Shown here: piece after piece, positions 7,806-15,690 of the stretch | Layout of the letters: every line of letters starts with the position of its first letter | How positions within the stretch are numbered: the stretch's first letter is position 1 | From: an uncultured virus (IMG/VR IMGVR_UViG_3300027278_000011) | Taxonomy: Duplodnaviria; Heunggongvirae; Uroviricota; Caudoviricetes; Schitoviridae | Strand: one strand, 5' to 3' | Virus record (IMG/VR): IMGVR_UViG_3300027278_000011 | DNA length: 20,000 bases | Position numbers and translations under genes: made by a program | The notes under the pieces: model-generated | Database searches by the model: none | The model's input: the letters and a program-made list of their open reading frames with translations, nothing else | What the model was told of the DNA's origin: nothing

Positions 7806-8109
7806 TGCTGGCTTCCTTGGTTACGCCAGGGCCGTAGAACTCTTCCTGGGTCATTTCGCCCAGATAGGAGAGGCTGTTGAACACCACATCGAGAACGATC
7901 ACCTCGACACCTTCCATGCGTTGATGCAGTTGCATCTGCAGATTCTGTTGGGTCATGCCCAGATGGGCAGCGGTGATGTTTTTCTCATCGGTGGGTAGCA
8001 CAGTGTTCAGGGTGAGGGTGTTGATTTGGTCTTGCAGCTCACCATCCACTTTGGTCTGGAAGACCAGCAGAGCACAAGCGAGGTGGTAATGGCGTTTCTG
8101 AGTATTCAT
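7798..8109 (-). CDS. Hypothetical protein (103 aa)
   Basis: Likely start is the ATG at 8109 (MNTQKRHY...), because the ORF-track start at 8151 is inside a terminator. Overlaps the next gene by 8 nt. Confidence 0.7.
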   Translation of the reverse strand: MNTQKRHYHLACALLVFQTKVDGELQDQINTLTLNTVLPTDEKNITAAHLGMTQQNLQMQLHQRMEGVEVIVLDVVFNSLSYLGEMTQEEFYGPGVTKEASNG

Positions 8110-8134
8110 CGGTGCATTCTCGTGTGTTGTGGGG

Positions 8135-8168
8135 AAAAAGAAGGCGATCACTCAAGGAGGATCGCCCC
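8135..8168 (-). terminator. Intrinsic terminator ending the helicase-polymerase-BppU-like unit
   Basis: Minus strand GGGGCGATC-CTCCTTGAGT-GATCGCCTT-CTTTTT. Confidence 0.75.
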
Positions 8169-8187
8169 ATGAAAAAGCTGATATTGC

Positions 8188-8523
8188 TCAGCGTGTTACG
8201 GTGTCGATGACCTCTACCTGTTCAGGGATGGTGAAGTAGGTCTCACCATCAGCTTTCTCGATTTTGACATCGAACTCCAGCAGGCCAAGTGGCCAATGCG
8301 AAGTATCTTTGATATAGACAGCGAGGGTACGGAATTTACCTTCGTCTTCTTCGGTGTCCTGCCAGACCACATCGAGTTCATCGACGTAACCAGAAGGCAG
8401 GCTGTTGCCTGTTTTCCGAATCTCTGCCTTTAGAAATGTGTCAACGAACTCACCATCCTCCACCGATTCCGGCAGGGACAGTGTTTGTGTAAAAGGGTTT
8501 CCTCGACGAATTTGCGTGGTCAC
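8188..8523 (-). CDS. BppU N-terminal/LtfC-like beta-sandwich protein (111 aa), function unclear
   Basis: GTG start at 8523 with GGAGG 5 nt upstream, immediately after the polymerase TAG. The sequence IRRGNPF...AEIR...DTSHWPLGLLEFDVKI...VEVIDTVT fits a recalled tail-collar/baseplate pattern. The ORF is well supported; the family call is tentative. Confidence 0.6.
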   Translation of the reverse strand: MTTQIRRGNPFTQTLSLPESVEDGEFVDTFLKAEIRKTGNSLPSGYVDELDVVWQDTEEDEGKFRTLAVYIKDTSHWPLGLLEFDVKIEKADGETYFTIPEQVEVIDTVTR

Positions 8524-8524
8524 T

Positions 8525-11248
8525 CTAGCCTCCGGTGAGGGATTTGATGTGGGAGTCAATTATCTCGCAGATTTCTTGCTCGGTGCTTCCGTTGGGTAAC
8601 ACCATTTCCTTGCTCCAGTCCGGATAGAAGATCGAAAGGTCTCCCCCCAGTTTCACTTGATCATGCTGAATGTCAGGGTGATCCTGCCATTGAACAGCCT
8701 TCACCAGATGCTCGTTGGTATATAGCACAGCAGAAATGCTGTCCCGAATCAACATATATTGAGCGTCGTGAATGTGGGCACAAGGCCGTATATCCAAGCG
8801 AAAATCACTATCTCGTACCTTGCCCATGAACTCGACACTAGCCCTAGTGTTTAGGAGGCACCAACTCTGCCCCAAGGCATTGCCTGCCGTTCGTCCCTCA
8901 GCTTCCGCTTCGTAGGGTGTCCGGCTGGTTCCTCGGATAACTTGGTGCAGTAAGGGTGTTCTGACACGTAACCCGAAAGCTACTGTGACGTACCCATCCT
9001 TACTTGCTTGGTCGAGCTTGTCCTGCACCCATTGGATCGAGACTGCGTAGAGTTCCTGGTACTTCTTCTCTACAGACTTGGCCTTCGTTTCCGAAAAGCC
9101 ACAGTTGACCATCAAGGTTTTGTAGGTGCCCTGGTAGGTCAAAGCGAAGGTGGGTGCCTTGGAGTCCTGACGGAAATCCTTGTAGGCGATCTCGATGGAG
9201 TTGATGGACTCCACGGAGTCACCATTGATGTCTGGCATGTCCTCCCCGAAGTAAGCGTATGCCCGAAGGCAATGGCCATCGTAGCCATCGGTGTACACCT
9301 TCAGCTTGTTGGGATCTTTGGTGGTTAAAGCGGAGATGCGGTCTTCCAGTGAAGCGAAATCGAGTCCAGCGAAGATCCAGCCAGGGGGTGCCTGGAAACA
9401 GGATTTGACGAGAGATCCAAGACTGAGCTTGCCCTTCTTCATGAACTTCTTGAGCAGTGGGAACAGCTCCAGAAGAGCTTCGCTCACCTTCATGGTGACG
9501 TTCGCAGGCAGGTTCTGCAGGTTCGGTGAATTGCTGCTCAGGCGTCCGGAGACTGTGCCACCCAGTACGGAGTTTCCGAACAGGTAGTGCCAGCCATCTG
9601 GGCCAGGGCAGGCATTCTTGAATGCAGGGATGAACGATCCAAGGATCTTATCCACTGCAGCGAAGTCAGCCAGGGCAGACAACAATTCCAGAATGTCTGG
9701 GTTCTTTGTGTGGTGCTGTAGTTTCTCGATGGTGTCACCATCACACGATGGCTGCTTGGTGTCAGTTAGAGCAAGTACAGGAAGGTTGAGTTGCGTGTAT
9801 AGGAGGTGTTGCAGTTGCGGATTGCTGCGTGGGTTGAACTTGATCTTGGCCGGAACCTCGGCAATCGTGATTCTCTTATTCTTCCACTCTGCGTGCTTCT
9901 TCTCGATGTACATCTCTTTCAAGGTGTACTGGAACTGTTGCACACATTGCGTGCTTTCCATTCGATGAACTGCATCGTCGTATACGCCCTTGAGGGCTTC
10001 TTCGACTTTCAACACAGTTGGCATGTGGATTGGTAGACCAGTTAGCTGCATCTGCACAATGTCCAGCGTGGCTGGCTTGAACAGAGTTTCGTAAATCTCC
10101 AACTGAGAATCAGCAACCATCTGCGGATAACGCTTTCCATGCGTGAACCAAGTGGAAAGACTGTCCACTAGGTTGTATTCCAGCAGTTGAGGCAGGGGAA
10201 TACGGCGAATGTCCTTGATGTCTTCGTCATCTTGGGCATAGTTGCCAGCAAACTCTTGAGCTTGATCTTTCAGACTCAGTTTGTTTCCTGCACAACTGTT
10301 GGTCGCCAGATAGGTGATCAACTTCGTGCAATCCCAGTTACGCAGCATGTGCCCCATGCCGGTCAACAATCCTTCAGTGTCCAGAATATCCTTCATGAAC
10401 AACTGGTAGACCAGGACGTAAACGTCGAAGGCAATGTTGTGGTAGATCGCTGTTTCGAGATACCGCTCGAAAAAGTCTTTGAGCAGTGCCCTTACTTCCT
10501 TGTTGAAACCCTGCTTGCCGTGGAAATTCACTTCCTGCAGCTTGCCTGTCTTGGCGTTGACCACATTGCCAACCCACTCTTCACTGATGTAATCCACAGC
10601 GAAGGCAATGCCTTCATGCTTGTTCCAAGCGAAAGAGATGGTGCCAATACCTGCCTTATGATGCTTCAGGTCGAAGCCTTCAATGTCGATGGCCAGGGGG
10701 CAATTCATTGCCAGCAACTTGTCCAACCATGCTTTGATGTCAGCAGTTGTGCTGGGGTACTCGGCAAAGTGAACGATGCTACTGCCTGGTGTGCTGTAGT
10801 CACCGGTGATGTGACTGATAAGTGCCTCCATACCTTGACGGATGCGGCTTGTTACTTTGGCTGGATCGTAGAAGATCTGCCGGTAGTTCGGCACGTAGAT
10901 TACTTTTTGATTGCCAAACTTGCTGTCCATCACGTAGCCCAGGTTGGCGTCAACCTTGGCAGCACCCGTCAGCACTTTGAAGTAATCGGAATCAGCGCAC
11001 AGGATGTACTGAGTTTCCATCTGTGCAAACAGTGGAGCCAGTACCTCGTTGATGTACGCCTTTATTTCTCCTACAGGGGTCTTCTTTTTCCCCTGTGAGT
11101 AGTGCAGGTTTAACACGATCAGGTCATCAGTGATCTGATCGTAGTTGGTCAGGTAGGCTTTCTGTATCTCATCCTTTCGGATGACTGGAACCAATAGGCA
11201 AATGGGGTACTTCGCCTCCTCGACCTCTGAGAAGTAAGCGTAATTCAT
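8525..11248 (-). CDS. polA: Family A DNA polymerase with 3'-5' exonuclease (N4 gp39-like), 907 aa
   Basis: ExoI AIDIEG, ExoII HNIAFD, ExoIII YNLVD. Also GTVSGRLSSNSPNLQNLP, motif A LDFASLEDR, motif B RQDSKAPTFALTYQG, motif C HIHDA. Start at ATG 11248 with AAGGAG SD. Confidence 0.95.
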   Translation of the reverse strand: MNYAYFSEVEEAKYPICLLVPVIRKDEIQKAYLTNYDQITDDLIVLNLHYSQGKKKTPVGEIKAYINEVLAPLFAQMETQYILCADSDYFKVLTGAAKVDANLGYVMDSKFGNQKVIYVPNYRQIFYDPAKVTSRIRQGMEALISHITGDYSTPGSSIVHFAEYPSTTADIKAWLDKLLAMNCPLAIDIEGFDLKHHKAGIGTISFAWNKHEGIAFAVDYISEEWVGNVVNAKTGKLQEVNFHGKQGFNKEVRALLKDFFERYLETAIYHNIAFDVYVLVYQLFMKDILDTEGLLTGMGHMLRNWDCTKLITYLATNSCAGNKLSLKDQAQEFAGNYAQDDEDIKDIRRIPLPQLLEYNLVDSLSTWFTHGKRYPQMVADSQLEIYETLFKPATLDIVQMQLTGLPIHMPTVLKVEEALKGVYDDAVHRMESTQCVQQFQYTLKEMYIEKKHAEWKNKRITIAEVPAKIKFNPRSNPQLQHLLYTQLNLPVLALTDTKQPSCDGDTIEKLQHHTKNPDILELLSALADFAAVDKILGSFIPAFKNACPGPDGWHYLFGNSVLGGTVSGRLSSNSPNLQNLPANVTMKVSEALLELFPLLKKFMKKGKLSLGSLVKSCFQAPPGWIFAGLDFASLEDRISALTTKDPNKLKVYTDGYDGHCLRAYAYFGEDMPDINGDSVESINSIEIAYKDFRQDSKAPTFALTYQGTYKTLMVNCGFSETKAKSVEKKYQELYAVSIQWVQDKLDQASKDGYVTVAFGLRVRTPLLHQVIRGTSRTPYEAEAEGRTAGNALGQSWCLLNTRASVEFMGKVRDSDFRLDIRPCAHIHDAQYMLIRDSISAVLYTNEHLVKAVQWQDHPDIQHDQVKLGGDLSIFYPDWSKEMVLPNGSTEQEICEIIDSHIKSLTGG

Positions 11249-11262
11249 ATGCTCTCCTTGGT

Positions 11263-11772
11263 TCAAAACAGCAGTCTTGTTGCTGCGTAGTATTCGATCT
11301 TGGGTTTAACTTTCAGGTACTGAGCAGTGGCCCGCTCATCCGTTCTTGTTAGAAACCCTTCGTTCATGCACCGAGGCAGGTTGAGAAAGGTTTCAGGGCT
11401 GAGTCTCACCACACATTCAGGTAAAGCATCACGCACTTCCTGAGCGGTGGTGGCTTGCCATGAGAGTTTGAAAAGTACCTGCTTGATTTGATGCCGGTCA
11501 TTTTTCAAAGTGGTGCGGTCAGCAATGAATCCCGACATGCGAGCATGCAGTGAACTGTCCAACATAACAGCCGGTACACCTTTGCTGCGCAATGTTCGTG
11601 CATTCAGGGGGACAAACTCATCCCCCATAAACATGAAGCCTTCGTGACCGGAACGGGTGATCTCACGGTTCTGTCTGTCCAGATCAAGCAGCTCAGCAGC
11701 CAACCTGCGTGATTCTCCTTGAGTCAGGGTTTCCACGAGAAAGTCGAGAATCTTGTCCAAATTTTGGATCAC
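11263..11772 (-). CDS. Conserved-position hypothetical protein between helicase and polymerase (N4 gp38 position)
   Basis: 169 aa, GTG start with GGAGG SD, tightly packed with neighbours. Confidence 0.75.
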   Translation of the reverse strand: MIQNLDKILDFLVETLTQGESRRLAAELLDLDRQNREITRSGHEGFMFMGDEFVPLNARTLRSKGVPAVMLDSSLHARMSGFIADRTTLKNDRHQIKQVLFKLSWQATTAQEVRDALPECVVRLSPETFLNLPRCMNEGFLTRTDERATAQYLKVKPKIEYYAATRLLF

Positions 11773-11780
11773 GTTACCTC

Positions 11781-13079
11781 CTAGAAGATCAGGCCACCAA
11801 AACGCTCTGCCAGCTCTCCATAGAGGAATACCCGATGTCGGGCACGAGAGAAGGCCACATACAACATGCGGGCCGCTTGGTTGGGATTAGGGCAGGTTGA
11901 TAGGTCACCCAGGTCGATAAACACGCTGTCGTAGGTGCTGCCCTGTGCCTTGTACACAGTGGCTGCATCACGGGGACGCAGATCCGGGTAATTGTTCTTC
12001 AGGTGGAAGAACTTGTGCCAGTTCTTGTTTCGCTTGTAGTAGGCCAGCAGCTTGGTGAAATGATCCCGGTCAACTGGGATCGGTACACGTATGTGGCTGC
12101 CGTAGCTATCACGCAGGGTGGTCTGAATGACCTCCAGATTGACACCAGAATCAATTTCATCGAAGTGACTGAACTCAGCTTGCTCGATGATTTCAACCTC
12201 TTCTTCTACCGAAAGCATGCCTTTACCAACTCGGATGGCCGAGTTGTTGATCAGCAACTCATGCAGACCGTACATGGCAGGCAGACCACGCACTTCACGA
12301 ATGAAGGCGTTGTAATCGTTCACACGGTTGTTCCGGTACGCCAGGATACGAGAAGCAGCATTCTGGGTCTTGAAGGTGTCGATCAGCAGGCTTTCCATAT
12401 CGTTGCTGTTCAGCACGTCGATGATGCCAGGAACTGCACGGATCGGCTTAAACACACCAGTTTCAACTGTGTCACGTAGCTGCTGGTTAATGGCATGCAG
12501 CTCTGGCACGTTGGTACGCATGGGGATCGTCAGATCCAGGTTGCCCAGGTTGTCCCGGTATACGGGAGAAAGGGACTCATGCACTGGAGCCATCTGGCAA
12601 TGATCGCCAACGTAGACGATCTTGCAGCGAAGAGTGCCTTCGTTGATGTACTGCCGTAGAGGACTGTCCACCATTGATGCTTCGTCCACGAAGATGATCT
12701 TGCGTTCGTGAACTACCCAAGCACCGGTCTTGCTGATCTTGGACTTGCCTGTGCCATAGTCGTCAACAACCTTCAGGTTGAAGAACGAGTGAGCTGTCTG
12801 AGCTGGGCGTCCTGTGGCGATACCCAGCACTTCAGCAGCCTTGTTGGTGGTAGCCGTCATTACCACATCGGTATAAACAGCCTCGATGCCCATGAGGGCA
12901 CAGGTTTGGAAATACTGCGGGAGTACCCGGTCAATCAGGTAACCCATCAGGTAGGTCTTACCTACACCGCCAGGGCCACGAAGATTGATCTCCTTCTCGT
13001 CGTTGAACAGGAAGGCGAAAAAGCCATCAGCAGCCGCTTGCTGCTCGGCATTCAGTGGAAGTTCGACTGCTTGGTTCAT
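11781..13079 (-). CDS. dda: Dda/RecD-like SF1B DNA helicase (N4 gp37-like)
   Basis: GPGGVGKT, ATTNKAA, IIFVDEASM, VGDHCQMAP, KAQGSTY and LYVAFSRA motifs. Confidence 0.92.
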   Translation of the reverse strand: MNQAVELPLNAEQQAAADGFFAFLFNDEKEINLRGPGGVGKTYLMGYLIDRVLPQYFQTCALMGIEAVYTDVVMTATTNKAAEVLGIATGRPAQTAHSFFNLKVVDDYGTGKSKISKTGAWVVHERKIIFVDEASMVDSPLRQYINEGTLRCKIVYVGDHCQMAPVHESLSPVYRDNLGNLDLTIPMRTNVPELHAINQQLRDTVETGVFKPIRAVPGIIDVLNSNDMESLLIDTFKTQNAASRILAYRNNRVNDYNAFIREVRGLPAMYGLHELLINNSAIRVGKGMLSVEEEVEIIEQAEFSHFDEIDSGVNLEVIQTTLRDSYGSHIRVPIPVDRDHFTKLLAYYKRNKNWHKFFHLKNNYPDLRPRDAATVYKAQGSTYDSVFIDLGDLSTCPNPNQAARMLYVAFSRARHRVFLYGELAERFGGLIF

Positions 13080-13091
13080 GCAATTCTCCAG

Positions 13092-13117
13092 AAAAAACCC
13101 CCAGTTACGGGGGTTTT
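13092..13117 (-). terminator. Intrinsic terminator between the MazG-like gene and the helicase
   Basis: Minus strand AAAACCCCC-GTAACT-GGGGGTTTTTT. Confidence 0.85.
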
Positions 13118-13122
13118 CTTGT

Positions 13123-13599
13123 TTAGCCCTGAACAGGCTTAGGTAGGAATTTGACCAGATCGGGCTTGTAGTAATTCGGCCCTTTCATGATTTTCTTGTT
13201 CTCGTTGAAGATGGGGTTGCCTTCTTCATCGAACTTGCTGAAGTTGGAGCCGTTGACTTCGTGCAGAGCGCCAACGATGTCCATGCCGTTCATGTGAGCA
13301 GTGCCCACAGCAGTGACGATTTGGTCAGCCAGACCGTCGAGAAACTCCAGCGGATCTTGGATTTCGACTTGGTTGTCCAAGGTTTTGATGGTATCAGCCA
13401 AGGCTTCCAGGCTGTCCACTGCATTGTCCAGCAGGATCTGGGTGGTGTGGTTGGTGGCCACTAGAGCCTTCAGCATTTCAGCCACTTCTTCCAGATGCAC
13501 ACCCAATTGGGTGGAACGGTTCTTGTCCACCGGATTCGGTACGGCTTTCTGGAACCACAGGGCGGTATCGCTTACAGCACACTTTTCGAGAAGACTCAT
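13123..13599 (-). CDS. MazG-like/all-alpha NTP pyrophosphohydrolase
   Basis: HLEEVAEM, EFLDGLADQIVTAVG, EVNGSNFSK and KIMKGPNYYKPDL motifs. Start at ATG 13599 with GGAG SD. Confidence 0.88.
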   Translation of the reverse strand: MSLLEKCAVSDTALWFQKAVPNPVDKNRSTQLGVHLEEVAEMLKALVATNHTTQILLDNAVDSLEALADTIKTLDNQVEIQDPLEFLDGLADQIVTAVGTAHMNGMDIVGALHEVNGSNFSKFDEEGNPIFNENKKIMKGPNYYKPDLVKFLPKPVQG

Positions 13600-13601
13600 G
13601 G

Positions 13602-13925
13602 TCACTCCGAGGATGTAGAGGGTTTTTGTTGCCGGGCGTACTCAGCTTGGATCAGGTCACGAACGTAGTCCTTGATGACCTTACCATTGGCCATTTGATC
13701 GGCCAGCCAGTCCTGTTCGGCAGTGTCCAAGGTGAAGAAGATGTCCTCCATGAACGTGCGGCGAGTATCTGCTGGGGCCACGCCAAGACTCTTCAAGCGA
13801 AGGGTGATCGTGGTGGGGTGGCAATTCAGCAAACCAGCAATCGTGGAGAGAGACAATCCGACACTGTTGGCTCGGATAATGTCGTCATCGTTTGCTTTTC
13901 GGTTGGCACGGAAGACGGTAGACAT
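13602..13925 (-). CDS. HTH DNA-binding protein
   Basis: GLSLSTIAGLLNCHPTTITLRLK is a typical helix-turn-helix; GAGGTG SD upstream. Confidence 0.75.
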   Translation of the reverse strand: MSTVFRANRKANDDDIIRANSVGLSLSTIAGLLNCHPTTITLRLKSLGVAPADTRRTFMEDIFFTLDTAEQDWLADQMANGKVIKDYVRDLIQAEYARQQKPSTSSE

Positions 13926-13939
13926 AGCTTCACCTCTAT

Positions 13940-13976
13940 AAAAGATACCTCCAGTCTAATTGACTAGAGGCATCTT
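13940..13976 (-). terminator. Terminator/hairpin after rIIB
   Basis: Minus strand AAGATGCCTCTAGTC-AATTA-GACTGGAGGTATCTT-TT: 15-bp stem with two G-U pairs. Confidence 0.75.
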
Positions 13977-13986
13977 AGTGAAGCAC

Positions 13987-15681
13987 TTACTTGGCAGTCA
14001 GCTTCAGGATTGCTTTTTCTTCCTTCGGACTGACACCGAGAGCGGCCCAGCCTTTCTTGGCTTTGCCTTTGATGGCAGCCACTTGCTCGGCACGTTCCTT
14101 GGTCAGCGGAGTCTGGTTCAGCAGAGCACGGATACGTTGACGTGGAGTGCCTTCGCCACCCATCTTCTCGTTACCTGTCTCAGTCACTGCGACCGGAGCT
14201 TCTTCCACAGCTTGTTCTGGAATATCCATGCCGTTGGCTTCGATGGACTTGGAAAGCTCGTCTTGAACCGATTGGTTCAGGCCCAGCTTGTCCCACGAGA
14301 CTTTCGCCCGCTTCTTGTAGTCCAGCAGTTGCTTGGCCGCTTCCAGACGGATACCGGCCAGGGACGCTTCGGTGAACTCGGCATAGAGCTTTTCGGCAGT
14401 CACCTGACGAACAGATTTGCCGGTAGCTTGAGCGACAGCAACCGCACTGGCTACTGCTGCCCCGTCCACGGTGGTGCCTTCGGCTTTCTCGATGTTGTCG
14501 ATGGAATCGCCAGTCAGCTTTTCATCCAACACCACTTCAGCAGGAGCATCACTCACCTTGTTGACCTTGAGGCCACCGCCACGATGAGCAGTGATCTCAA
14601 CCGTTTCCAGAATGCCGACATGGTTGCCCTTGATGGCATTGCCCAGCAGCACCTTGTCCTTCATGGGCTGGTTACGGCAGACCAACGAGGCATCTTCAGC
14701 ACTGAGCTGAGCGATGATGTGATAGCCCTTGGCGCGCAGCTTACGGGCATCGCTGTGGGGTACAGCGATCACGTCTTCTGGTGCCAGTTTGGCCAGGATG
14801 GTGACTTTACCGCTGAAGGCAGTCAGGTAGTCACGGCGGGCCACATGCAGACCGTTGGAGCAGTCCACACGACGGTTGGCATCTACCAGCTTTTCGTCCA
14901 TGAAGACGTGCGAACCAACACGTTGTTTGACGTTACCGGAGTGAACGTCAACGAACACGCCGGATTCACTGGTAGCGTTCAGGCGCTTGTACACCAACAC
15001 CGAGCCGTCATCAGCAATTGGCAGTTCGCCTTTTTGCATGAAGGTCAGCAGATCCTGAACCGAGTGGGCACGGTTTACCGAGGACACACGGCGGAAGAAG
15101 TTCGTCAGACCTTCAACGCTACCCATTTTGGCCACCACAGCTTGAAACTGCGGAGCCAGCTTTTCCATACCTGGAATAATGGTGCCGTCTTCCAGAACAG
15201 CAACCACGGTATCCGTAGACGACATGGAGTCTAGCGAAGCAGTGTCTTTCACTTCAGCGATGGGTGTGGCATTCGCCATGATCTCGGCCACAGCAGCCGA
15301 GCTACGGGTGAGCGGACGCTGTTGTTCAACAGTTTCCACTGGTTCAGCACCGGGAATTTGGCCGATTGCCAGAGGTTCCACTGCAACAGCATTTTCAGAG
15401 AAGCGATCCAGAATGGAGTCCACTTGCTCTTTAACTGCTTTGAAGAAGCGAATGAAGCCATTCATGCTTTTCTCTGCCTCATGGAAGTAGTTGGTGAGTT
15501 CCAGTTCCTCGTTTGGAACATCAGAAAACTTCTGAATTTCCAGATCAGGAACTACACGGTCGATCAGAGTACGAATCCGAGGATCGCCCTGAGCGATTAC
15601 GATGGTGCTGCCATCCTGTTTGTAGAGGGTCAAGTTCTTGACATCCACCACGGCAGCAATGATGTGAGTAACTTCGGTCAT
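13987..15681 (-). CDS. rIIB: rIIB-like protein
   Basis: Core LPIADDGSVLVYK...FVDVHSG...CSNGLHV...PEDVIAVP is characteristic of rIIB; follows rIIA. Confidence 0.88.
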   Translation of the reverse strand: MTEVTHIIAAVVDVKNLTLYKQDGSTIVIAQGDPRIRTLIDRVVPDLEIQKFSDVPNEELELTNYFHEAEKSMNGFIRFFKAVKEQVDSILDRFSENAVAVEPLAIGQIPGAEPVETVEQQRPLTRSSAAVAEIMANATPIAEVKDTASLDSMSSTDTVVAVLEDGTIIPGMEKLAPQFQAVVAKMGSVEGLTNFFRRVSSVNRAHSVQDLLTFMQKGELPIADDGSVLVYKRLNATSESGVFVDVHSGNVKQRVGSHVFMDEKLVDANRRVDCSNGLHVARRDYLTAFSGKVTILAKLAPEDVIAVPHSDARKLRAKGYHIIAQLSAEDASLVCRNQPMKDKVLLGNAIKGNHVGILETVEITAHRGGGLKVNKVSDAPAEVVLDEKLTGDSIDNIEKAEGTTVDGAAVASAVAVAQATGKSVRQVTAEKLYAEFTEASLAGIRLEAAKQLLDYKKRAKVSWDKLGLNQSVQDELSKSIEANGMDIPEQAVEEAPVAVTETGNEKMGGEGTPRQRIRALLNQTPLTKERAEQVAAIKGKAKKGWAALGVSPKEEKAILKLTAK

Positions 15682-15690
15682 AGCAACCTC

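Noticed and set aside
8835..8850. ACACTAG-CC-CTAGTGT inverted repeat inside the polymerase
   Set aside because: Short and intragenic, with no supporting context.
10187..11098. 303-aa + strand ORF inside the polymerase; possible embedded homing endonuclease or intron
   Set aside because: No HNH, GIY-YIG or LAGLIDADG motif. The polymerase frame is uninterrupted and has no intein termini.
11263..11772. Possible Nmad5-like assignment from TTAQEVRDALPE
   Set aside because: Only a short, by-eye resemblance; a profile search is needed, so it is left as hypothetical.
13960..15234. 424-aa + strand ORF antisense to rIIB
   Set aside because: It mirrors the rIIB frame, has a TTG start with no SD and no recognisable motifs; typical antisense shadow caused by codon bias.
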